DNA from: Diadema antillarum
Lineage: Eukaryota
Reading direction: 5' to 3'
Length of the DNA: 64,000 nucleotides
NCBI RefSeq assembly: GCF_040938485.1
Contig: NW_027270942.1
Span: 2,046,001 to 2,110,000, forward strand
Positions 1 through 14,917 of the stretch are shown here, piece after piece; position 1 is the first letter of the stretch; each line of letters starts with the position of its first letter. The notes under the pieces are model-generated. The model had not been told where the DNA came from. It did not search any database and saw nothing but the letters and a program-made list of their open reading frames with translations. The translations under genes were made by a program, and so were the position numbers.

Positions 1-29
1 TTTCATTTTACTTCAAAAAATATACATAG

Positions 30-169
30 GTGTCGCTGCCCTTGTCCTCGCCGCCAGCCCGAGCTCTTCGCCCTCTTCCGTCTACTCATCCATCCTGAAC
101 AGCGCCACCAGTGGCCTGGTTACCGGCAGGGGATTCCTCTCACCCAACCTCATGCTTTACACCAACTAA
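30..169 (+). CDS. S8 subtilase (proteinase K/aqualysin-like) copy 1, last coding exon only; rest of gene lies upstream of the window
   Basis: AG acceptor at 28-29. Phase-1 exon reads (G)VAALVLAASPSSSPSSVYSSILNSATSGLVTGRGFLSPNLMLYTN*, stop TAA at 167-169. Nearly identical to exon 12066-12205 of copy 2. Confidence 0.9.
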
Positions 170-310
170 ATCGGGGAAAAAACCCAAACAAACATGGATT
201 CAGCCTTTGGACTGCCATGCTATCAAATTTAAATGAATTTATGACAATCATTACTTAAATTATGCCCATGTGACTTGAGAAGATGAATTGATGATGACAG
301 ATGATGTCCC

Positions 311-316
311 AATAAA
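311..316 (+). terminator. Candidate polyadenylation signal of protease copy 1
   Basis: AATAAA ~140 nt after the stop; conserved at the equivalent position in copy 2 (12347-12352). Confidence 0.55.
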
Positions 317-549
317 CTGAAGAAAAATGAAGTGGAAAGCAATTCGTCTTGAGACTTTATACGATTGTGTTGTAGATTGAAGAGAGTGACGCAAGCGATA
401 CAGAAAGAGATGTCCTTACTCTTTGTTGGTATTCATGCGTGCATGACTTACATTCATTTGTGTGTATGCCCACTTATAGTATTCATGAAGGAGTAAATGG
501 ATGAGATATGAAATATGAAAGTTTTGCGTCGGTGTGTAGTAATTAGATA

Positions 550-679
550 TCAAGTGTAAAAATAGTCGTATAAACACCGCAGGAGCCAAAAAATTGGACT
601 GACGTTTCGGTCAAAGACCTTTATCAAAGTGACTTTGATAAAGGTCTTTGACCGAAACGTCAGTCCAATTTTTTGGCTC
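550..679. mobile_element. Palindromic hammerhead-bearing element (paralog of 12745-12906), truncated by assembly gap
   Basis: Arms are reverse complements around the single base G631. + strand motif: GACT-TTGATAA-A-GGTC-TTT-GACC-GAAA-CG-TC-AGTC (631-665). Confidence 0.75.
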
Positions 680-934
680 NNNNNNNNNNNNNNNNNNNNN
701 NNNNNNNNNNNNNNNNNNNNNNNNNNNNNNNNNNNNNNNNNNNNNNNNNNNNNNNNNNNNNNNNNNNNNNNNNNNNNNNNNNNNNNNNNNNNNNNNNNNN
801 NNNNNNNNNNNNNNNNNNNNNNNNNNNNNNNNNNNNNNNNNNNNNNNNNNNNNNNNNNNNNNNNNNNNNNNNNNNNNNNNNNNNNNNNNNNNNNNNNNNN
901 NNNNNNNNNNNNNNNNNNNNNNNNNNNNNNNNNN
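680..934. other. Assembly gap (255 N)
   Basis: N run. It falls where the paralogous unit has fold-backs and (TA)n (about 12872-13540). Confidence 1.
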
Positions 935-2351
935 ACATGTATGTGGTGTAATTGTAAAGAGAGATAGAAATAGGGAGAAAGGAAAGAGGGGAGTAGAAAG
1001 AGAGAGAAAAATAGAAGAAATATACATAGTAACAATGTATAAGTCATCTTGAATTCTGAACTCGAAAATCAATGCAGACGTCTACATTATCCAAGATCTA
1101 TAGCAGAGATGCTGATGCACAACATTGCATTCCACCATTCTCATACATGCCATGTCAAATTTAACAAAACAAAAATAAAAAATCAAACCAGCAAATGAAT
1201 GAATAAATAAATAAATAAACAAATAAATAAATAAGCTAACGAACAATCACAATATCAAACTCACTGTATCACTCACACAAAACATAATTTTTCATGAATA
1301 CTCCTTACAATGGTAATAGAAAGAATACTTGAGTTATTATTTTTTAAATAAATGTTTTGTAGAGAAATAGAAACAATAAAAGGTACATACTTGAGTTAAT
1401 TAGAGAAACCACGTGCATCATCGATTTTAAAAGTAGGGATTTGATTTGATTAAGAGTTAAGAAACTAACAAAAAAAAGTCTGTTATCTTAGCAACCGGTT
1501 AACCTCAAATAATGTTACATTTTAGACATTCGAAGGTTTTCGGTTTTACCGAAGCATAAATTATATTATTTGGACGTTCTAACGCTTTCGGCGTTGACCA
1601 CATCTAAACCACAAAAGCAATCTGTGTACCATTCTTCGTACCTTTTCTGTGGTTTTGCGGATATAAAGCGATATGATAAATCATGGTTGCAAAGCTTAAC
1701 GTATTCACCGATTGGCGGGGGTAGGAGAGGGAGGAAATAATTTCGGCGACGGTACGTACCTGGTTTACGTGGTTACTCAGCACACAATCTTATGAGCACA
1801 AAAGCACGTCTTTTTTGCGACAATGGATTGGGAAGGTGTAAATAATGGACAGGAAACCATAAGACTCTATTTACTCTACTGTTTACTTGCGTTGTTGCAG
1901 TATGTGAGGAAATGGCATCTTGACCTTTTATACGTTGTGGGACTACAATGTAGAAAACAACCCTACATGAAAATGTGGGACCGTTTTTACAAAAGAAACC
2001 TCAGTCGTTCCATTTGTTTGATTGTATTCTATGTATGGAAATGAACGTGGACATGGAGGGTTTACTTTTATATTCAACAGTGCACAAAAAGTACTGTTAG
2101 GCAGTGTAATTAATCTGTAGCACGTAGCCTATGGTTCACACATTCTCATTAATTGTTCAACGGTACTCGGTATTCTAGCTGTTTTCAATAGTAATAACCT
2201 TTCCTGCTTAGAATTAGGAATAGAAATCAAATAAACTGCTATATATAAAGACAAAACAAAGCAGAACAAAACACGCAATTATATGAACTTGATCAATTTA
2301 GTATAGACCAGAAAATTGATACTCAACAACTATGCTTCGCACATCACAATA

Positions 2352-2577
2352 CACTCTAAGAAAAATAGGTTCAACTTTGCACCTTTACAAGTGCCACACT
2401 GGAAGCGCCTTTACGGGTTAAACTTTGCACCTTTCATACCAGTTAGTACCTTTAAAGGTGCAACTTTGCACTTTTCTGGTCTGAAAGGTGCAAAGTTGCA
2501 CCTTTGGAAATGTGCTTACAGTGCGACACTGATAACTGTGCTCCCAGTGTGACAAAAGGTGAAAACTTCTTAGAGTG
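2352..2577. mobile_element. Non-autonomous CMC/EnSpm-like MITE
   Basis: TA|CACTCTAAGAA...TTCTTAGAGTG|TA termini; internal ACTTTGCACC / GGTGCAAAGT subrepeats. Paralogous copy at ~15532-15765 and related fragment at ~22035-22208. Confidence 0.65.
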
Positions 2578-3689
2578 TAGAGGGATAAATTTCATCCAGG
2601 TCAGTATAAAGAGGTGAAATCCGCAAATGATTATCTGACAGCCGTGTGACTACATGGCTCTTCATTTGCATTTTAAAGCATTTCCGCCATGCCCACTGAA
2701 ATAAGTACGAGTTATATCTACTTAAACATTATAAATTGATACCTACAACTTAAAATATTTCTCAATCTCCGAAGACCTATACACTACCTCACTTTGTACT
2801 GGTATCAATCGGCAAAACTCCGAAATGTACAAATATGTTGAAGTTACTTTTGTCATAAATATTGTAAGGTGAAGAGAAGGAGGGGAATACATAATTATAA
2901 GAGAATATTGCTCTCACGTCTTTGAAGTGGTCTTGAAGAGTCCCAAGTCATTAGCCTGCCAATCAGGTACATGGACATGCACCTTACTTCCTAAACTAGG
3001 TCCGATTCATTTATGTTAAAGATCTAGTCATAAAGAACAAAAAGATTCAGAATTTGAATGTCATAGTAGTAAAATATCGTCTTGCATTGCCTTTGGCAAC
3101 ATCCAAGACCAAAACCCTTTTTAAGAATGAAAGAAAATGTCAGTTACTCAAACAAACACAAAAACATAAAAATCAAAGACACGCGTCCTACACCAGGTGT
3201 TTCTGTTCCTTCAAAGAGCACCATACTTAAACTCTAACGTCACCACCACATCATTACAGAGATAACAGACGATTAAATAGAACGGATTATAGTGCTCGTG
3301 AAACGGTTGTGTGCTTATTTCGCTAACTAAAATCCGACTAACAGTCATCTGTCTAATTTAAGACTACGGAGTATGAAGTACAAAGTGTCCTTTCTCATTT
3401 CAGTATTAATCGTCAATGAAATGTCAAGTATATTAACTTTAAACTCTAGCTTTTATTGTATTGTTTTGCTTTGTTTTTAGATCTTTTCGAGGATTGATAG
3501 TAAACCGATTTGAATATCATCTAACTGCGTCTGCTGAAAGCGTACCTCTCTTCTGTCGGTATAGATATATTTCAATTTCAATTTCAATTTTCATTTCATT
3601 TCTGACGGAAACATTTAGACATCACTTTCTTTGATAACAGAAATTAAGGTAAGTAAAGCTATGTGGAATGAAAAGAGTTCCACAATATA

Positions 3690-3861
3690 TTATCGGGCCA
3701 ATAAAAATCTTTAAGTCTGAAATTTTGATGGCCTGAGAAAGATATGTAGTGGCCCGACATACTAGTAAAAGCAAAAGTAACAATCCATTTGAATTTTTGG
3801 TGGCCCGGCCCCAATTTTTAGTAGACCCGGGCCATCGGGCTACCGCTATTGTGGAGCCCTG
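3690..3861. mobile_element. Probable hAT-like MITE 3' remnant
   Basis: GGCCC-rich subrepeats ending in GAGCCCTG; paralogous copy near 16900-17045. No matching 5' end found. Confidence 0.35.
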
Positions 3862-4286
3862 TATATATGATAGATGAACTGAATTTTAAAAAAAAAATCT
3901 ATAAAAAAATGAAAGTATCACATTGTAGTGAATTATGCACTACTCTAATTCTGATAACGTTTGCACTCCGTAAAGCGGAATGATGAATAGTTCAGGATTG
4001 TTAATTGTTAATGCTAAGTTGAAATATTAGCACCGATTTTTAGTCTTTTAAATGTAGCCATGAAGATTTTTTCTATGTTTTATATTATTTTGTCCCGGCT
4101 ACCTCTGAAACATTGAATTATTGATAATTATCTACGTCGATGAAGGGCAATTTGTAAATCAGTTGCAGTAAAAAAAAAAAATGCCGCAAGAATTAATCAA
4201 TTAAGAAAGATAAATAAAAATCTCCCAACAACACCATTTATTCATTTAAAGGGCCCGATTAAGAGAGGACCACAAAATGATTGAAA

Positions 4287-4322
4287 GTGTGTGTGTGTTT
4301 GAGTGTGTGTGTGTGTCTGTTT

Positions 4323-4354
<32 letters not shown>

Positions 4355-4364
4355 GCGTGCGTGT
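4287..4364. repeat. (GT)n microsatellite
   Basis: Interrupted GT run; paralog at 17469-17538. Confidence 0.9.
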
Positions 4365-6523
4365 CACGACAGCCATACTTAGAATGATATGAGATGTGCC
4401 GAGATGAATTGGTTATTCAATGACTGCTGAATCCATGTTGCTCTCGGACGATCGTAGAATATTGATTAAAAAGCTGAATACGAGTGAATACGTTGAATAA
4501 GAAATCATAAGTCGGGTTGTCGACGTACGAGGCAACGTTAACCACTTTGCGTTGCCTTATATAAATTGACTCTCATGTACGGCATAATACAGTACACAAT
4601 AACGAGTCTACTGGAGCAAATAATTGTTTCAGAACTCCTCTGACATATATATATTTTTTTAAATCCATCAACGGTAGCTAGAAAAATCATTGAGACTTTA
4701 TATCCTTGCCCAACAATATTGCTCTAGGAGGATAATTAGGGGGGGGGGGGGGTGGAAGACCATTTTGTCCACCTTGTCAACCAACATAAGTTCTAAACGA
4801 ACAGTTTTTTTTTAGGTGAGATGATAATCATAACACTCATAGCTAAGATCATTGTCGTGGTACGTTTTTGTGCCATGAATTACCATAATTTATACTGTAC
4901 GTAACTCATATCAACATCTATTTGCTAAATCTACTGTCTTGACACAGTAAACACGCATTTTTCTGATTTTTAGCATTATCATATGCCATTACTTTGGCTA
5001 TACACTTCCACTACTCTTCAAAAACTGGTCTCATACATCTCCATCTCAGGGCCAACATATCCGCCAAAAGTAAATTTTGATAACTACAAGTCTGTTATTA
5101 ATTACCTCATTTTATTCTTTAATAATGATGTCTTTACCCTATTAGAGCACTGACATTTTTGCTTGATCTTGCACATCAGCACCTAAATAACAGTATGTGG
5201 ATTTCTTTTTAGCTCCTTAATCACTATTAAGATATTTTGTTGTTGTATTATCTAATATTGCAGTATTTTGTTTTGCTGTGTTTTCTCTTATTCTAATGCT
5301 GTTCACACGTTTTGCTACTATTTTCGAAATTAAGTCTTCCACATCAATACCGCAAAACCAACGTCTGTGCAAATTTACTCTACAAAACTAGAACGTTTTT
5401 GTTGTCTTATCTTGATTCGTTTACCTAAACAAACGTGTAATTATCAAGACAAAGCAAGTTTTTACAGCCCTCGAAAAATGCATCTTAAAAAACTGCACAT
5501 GAAAGCCAAACTATATACGAGATATCACTTTAAACGCTCAAACGCTTACACACCACGGAAGCAGTCTAGCTTCACATCAGACCTACTAACCTACCCACCA
5601 ATCACAATGATTTCCATCCATCCCTTTGCACTTTGTTTGGTTTGGCGAAGGTATAAATAAGTTACATTATTAAAATAGATAAAGAGATGAAATAAAAAAG
5701 ACGGCTTAAACTACCGCATGATCCATTCGTGTGACCGCATGACCAATACGTAAAAAAAAAAAACGGTCCATGACGGGTGATGACAGTCTGTCCAGAATCT
5801 CCAAAATGGCGGCAATAATGCAGCGTATTTTTTTCCCCTCCATTATTGATTTGATTTCGTTTTCTTTAAATGAAAACAAGATACCAGTATATAATTTTTT
5901 AGTATGTATTAGATTATTATTAGATATTCAAAACTGAATGACACTGAATAACAATTGAATAACAGCAGCAACAACCTGTTTCAAAGAGGTTCATGCCTTT
6001 AAGTATCCTTAGCCCTGGTTAAGTCCTTTCCTATATCGCCACGCAGACACCTACCAATAATTAGGATTGCACCTGGCTAATGTTATTTATGTCATCGTTT
6101 TTGTTTGTATTACAAAACGGTATTATGCCGTCACAAAGTACACACAAAGATTAGATAATGCCGGATGTTGCCTCATACTTCACATGGTTTTCCATAACAT
6201 GATGAAGGTGCACAATACTTGTCATATGACATTAAAAATCCAAAATATTAAAGGCTCATTAACTGTTTTCTTCTCACGTATATCAAAGATATGGTTAAAC
6301 TAAAAAGACAAAGATACACCGAGGTCCCTTTGATTACCTCGCTTTTCATCTGCATAGAATACAGTAACTTGAATCATGAAAGACACATTCTGATTGTCAT
6401 AATCCCCATAGTCTACCGATATGATTACTGGAAGGTCAGTACTTATCAATCAAAGCGGATTATGACGACATTTTCTGCAAACAGTGGGCGAGGTATGTAT
6501 GGATGGTCTAGGTGAGGATGGGC

Positions 6524-6604
6524 TATAAAAGGAGGAGTCTTGGAGGACTTTCCTCATCGGTTCCAGCTTCGACTCTCAACCCAGCAAGCAACAGAACAAC
6601 AGCA
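6524..6604 (+). promoter_or_regulatory. TATA box and predicted non-coding leader exon of protease copy 2
   Basis: TATAAAA at 6524-6530; GTGAGT donor at 6605-6610; AG acceptor at 7506-7507 immediately before ACC-ATG (7511). Confidence 0.6.
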
Positions 6605-7510
6605 GTGAGTGTCCAGTCTTCGATTGCTTTCGCATTATTGCTTCATTTTTTTTTATACAAACTCTTAACATTAGTGCTGTTTTCTTCTCTTGGAATATTT
6701 TAAGAAAAATAAGTTGACAATAAGCCATGGTTTAATTAAAATGAACGTCATCATCCCATTCGTTTGATAAAGGTTCCCATTTTACTTGATTCTGAGATTC
6801 CCTACCATTATAATTATTCCAACAAAAATTTACGTTGCCCTCAAAAGTATTGGACTATGTCCATGTCAAAGCGTCGTGTTACATAGACAGATAGAGGGAG
6901 TGTGACAGTAAAGTAGGATATGGATATTATCTAGTTCGTTGTAGCAGTTGGGTTGTTTTGGGGGACTCTGCTTTTTCCCCCAATGTTTTCCACCGCATAT
7001 TACGCTTCGTGCACTCAACACATAATGACTTCGAAACTTCACGGCATGCTTTGCTTCAAAGACCAAGACGGTGAATTATCGGGAGCAACTTAAAAAAAAA
7101 TGCAGACGAAGAAGAAAAAGTAGACAAAGTCAACATTAATGATCATGATGATGATTCGGTGGAGAAATCAATTACAGCATGGGTGTATGAAAGGGCTCCT
7201 GTTAAGGACAAATTCCAAGTATCGTTACTGATAGCTGATTGGGTGACAGGTATAGAGGCTGGATACCAACTGTAGGAGTACGTGATTGGTTCAACATTTC
7301 CGATTCTCGTACCTCTTCGGTACACAGTGGGGCTGGATAACTCTGAATATGACGTAGTGAGACATGTGCCATCATTTACATTATGATTATTGCGATATTG
7401 AATCAAGATATAAGTGATAGAAGCAGACAAAATATATATTTAAGAACTTAAGTTCGTTTCTTTTTTTTTGTACATTGTTCATGCTTATTCTCCCTACTCC
7501 GTCTTAGACC

Positions 7511-12205
<4,695 letters not shown>

Positions 12206-12346
12206 AGCGGAGGAAAAAAACAAACAAACGTGGATTCAGCCTTTGGACTGCCATGCTATCAAATTTAAACGAATTTATGATAATCATTACTCAAATTATG
12301 CCCTTGTGACTTGAGAAGATGAATCAATGATGACAGATGATGTCCC

Positions 12347-12352
12347 AATAAA
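12347..12352 (+). terminator. Candidate polyadenylation signal of protease copy 2
   Basis: AATAAA ~140 nt after TAA 12205. Confidence 0.55.
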
Positions 12353-12656
12353 CAGAAGAAAAATGAAGTGGAAAGCAATTCGTCTTGAGTCTTTATACGA
12401 TTGTATTGTAGATTGAAGAGAGTGACGCAAGCGATACAGAAAGAGATGCCCTCACTCTTTGTTGGTACTCATGCGTGTATGACTTACATTCATTTGTGTG
12501 TATGCCCACTTATAGTATTCATGAAAGAGTAAATGGATGAGATTTGAGCGAATGGAAGAATGACATTTATAATAATTACATATGTACATAATTATTGTCA
12601 CCCTACCCAAGGTGACAAAAGCGTTTGGTAAAAAAAAAGTATCAGCATCATACCGC

Positions 12657-12703
<47 letters not shown>
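12657..12703. repeat. (TA)n microsatellite
   Basis: TA run. Further TA runs at 12908-12960 and 13446-13501 bracket the fold-back elements. Confidence 0.95.
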
Positions 12704-12705
<2 letters not shown>

Positions 12706-12744
12706 AAATATGAAAGTTCTGCGTCGGTGTGTAGTAAGTAGATA

Positions 12745-12904
12745 TCAAGTGTAAAAACAGTCGTATAAACACCGCAGGAGCCAAAAATTGGACTGACGTT
12801 TCGGTCAAAGACCTTTATCAAAGTCACTTTGATAAAGGTCTTTGACCGAAACGTCAGTCCAATTTTTTGGCTCCTGCGGTGTTTATACGACTGTTTTTAC
12901 ACTT

Positions 12905-12906
<2 letters not shown>
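12745..12906. mobile_element. Near-perfect palindrome, putative Penelope-like element end pair carrying a hammerhead motif
   Basis: 80/81-nt arms around the single base C12825, with one A/T-run indel; the right end abuts (TA)n. Confidence 0.75.
12826..12858 (+). ncRNA. Minimal type I hammerhead ribozyme motif, U3-A8 core variant (mirror copy on - strand at about 12792-12824)
   Basis: ACT | TTGATAA (12829-35) A | GGTC-TTT-GACC stem II | GAAA (12848-51) CG TC^ | AGT. Stem I is ACU/AGU; ACGU is self-complementary. Confidence 0.65.
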
Positions 12907-12960
<54 letters not shown>

Positions 12961-12963
<3 letters not shown>

Positions 12964-13385
12964 GAAAGAAATTGGACTGAGGCGGGACGTTGCTCTCGAT
13001 CTTAGTCTCCCTTTTATTTGTCAAGCTTTCGGCCCGTCATTGGGCCTTCGTCAGGACCTACCAACAGAACGATTATTATATGAATAACCTGATGTGTCAT
13101 ATAATATATAATGCAATTTCACATATTACCAATCTTCTAAATCATTTCCTTTATATACACAAATCAATCATTCAATTCAATACAAATATCGTACAAGGAA
13201 ATGATTTAGAAGATTGGTAATATGTGAAATTGCATTATATATTATATGACACATCAGGTTATTCATATAATAATCGTTCTGTTGGTAGGTCCTGACGAAG
13301 GCCCAATGACGGGCCGAAAGCTTGACAAATAAAAGGGAGACTGAGATCGAGAGCAACGTCCCGCCTCAGTCCAATTTCTTTCAAT
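12961..13385. mobile_element. Long inverted repeat (191-bp arms, 43-nt spacer), putative Penelope-like element end pair
   Basis: 12961-13151 is the reverse complement of 13195-13385 except a small mismatch near the spacer. Left end abuts (TA)n; right end is followed by TATAT. Confidence 0.78.
13289..13326 (+). ncRNA. Minimal type I hammerhead ribozyme motif, canonical core (mirror copy on - strand 13020-13057)
   Basis: GTC | CTGACGA (13292-98) A | GGCCC-AATGAC-GGGCC | GAAA (13316-19) GC TT^ | GAC. Stem I is GUC/GAC; AGCU is self-complementary. Confidence 0.72.
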
Positions 13386-13452
13386 TATATGCAACCAACA
13401 ATGCGGCACCGCGTACGTTCGGGACCCAGGGAACTATCTCTCACATTATATA

Positions 13453-13504
<52 letters not shown>

Positions 13505-14357
13505 GTGTGTGTGTGTGTGTATTTACACGTATGCATGTACATGTATGTGGTGTAATTATAAAGAGAGAGAAATAGGGAGAAAGAGAGAAAGAATGAAGGA
13601 AAGAGGGGAGTAGAAAGAGAGAGAAAAATATAAGAAATATACATAGTAACAATGTATAAGTCATCTTTAATCCTGAACTCGAAGATCAATACAGACGTCT
13701 ACATTATCCAAGATCCATAGCAGAGATGCTGATGCACAACATTGCATTCCACCATTCTCATACATGCCATGTCATGTTGACAAAACAAAAACAAACAATC
13801 AAACAAGCAAATGATTAAATAAATAGATAGATTAAATGAATAAATGAATGAATAAATAAATAAATAAATAAATAAGCAAACGAACAATCACACTATCAAA
13901 CTCACTTTATCACTCACAAAAAACAATTTTTCGTGAATACTCTTTACAATGGCAATGAGAAAAAATACTTCAGTTATTATTTTTTTTAAATAAATGTTTT
14001 GTAGAGAAATAGAAACAATGAAAGGTACATACTTTGAGTTCATTACAAAAACCTTTAAAAAAATAGCTCGTCTCCATGTAACCACGTGCATCACAGATTT
14101 CAAAAGTAGGGATTTGATTTGGTTAAAATTTAAGAATCTAACAAAAAAAGTTTGAGATCTTAGCAACCGGTGAACGTTCAAGAATTTTAGAAATTCAAAG
14201 GTTTTGAGTTTTACCGAAGCATGTTAATTGGACGTTTTAACGCTTTTGGCGTTGACCGCATCTAAACCACAAAAGCAATCTGTTTACCATTCTTCGTACC
14301 TTTTCTGTGGTTTCGCGGATATAAAGCGATATGATAAATCATGGTTGCAAAGCTTAA

Positions 14358-14917
14358 AGGACAAGTTCACCTTCATAAACATGTGGGCTGAATGAATGCA
14401 GCAATATTAGTAGAACACATCAGTGAGAGTTTGAGGAAAATCGGACAATCTGTTCAAATGTTATGCATTTTTGAAGTTTCTGCTCACTCAAGGCTGGATG
14501 AGAAGTCTACTATAGCTTGTGATGTCACAATGCGTACAACGATATAAAGAAAGAATAAAGAAAATTCAACATATTTTCACTTTTCTAGCATAACAAAAGA
14601 ACACTTAACTTCTCTCTTTCAGAAGGCAGGGGAATAATATTACCCTTAACATATTATGTCAGTAACAAGTTGAAGAAATGCGTACTTTATTCAAAAATTG
14701 ATGTTTTGTGAAATTTTCTTTTAATTTTCTTTATGTCGTCGCACGCACACGACATCATACACTGTAGTAGTCTTCTCATCCAGCAGTGACTGTGCAGATA
14801 CTTTAAAAATCATAACTTTTGAACGGATTGTCTGATCAGTTTCCCCATACTTTCACTGATGTGTTCTAATAATATTGTTGCATTCAATCAATCCACATAT
14901 GAAGGTGGACCTGTCGT
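14358..14917. mobile_element. Kolobok-like non-autonomous DNA transposon, 560 bp
   Basis: TTAA at 14354-57 and 14918-21; TIRs AGGACAAGTTCACCTTCATA / TATGAAGGTGGACCTGTCGT. The paralogous locus has a single TTAA empty site at 1696-1699. Confidence 0.85.

Noticed and set aside
550-1072. ORFs spanning the first N gap (also 27050-27386 and 54765-55097)
   Set aside because: They stay open only because N translates to X. The repeated peptide TLIKVFDRNVSPIFW on both strands just reflects the palindrome.
5802-5813. YY1-like motif CAAAATGGCGGC (also 19435-19446)
   Set aside because: Single motif, and its second occurrence is explained by the duplication; no independent support for function.
12990-13887. 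ORFs such as 12990-13220, 13322-13555 and 13389-13689
   Set aside because: Derived from inverted-repeat arms and (TA)n/(TG)n microsatellites (IYIY, CVCV translations); no RT or GIY-YIG motifs.
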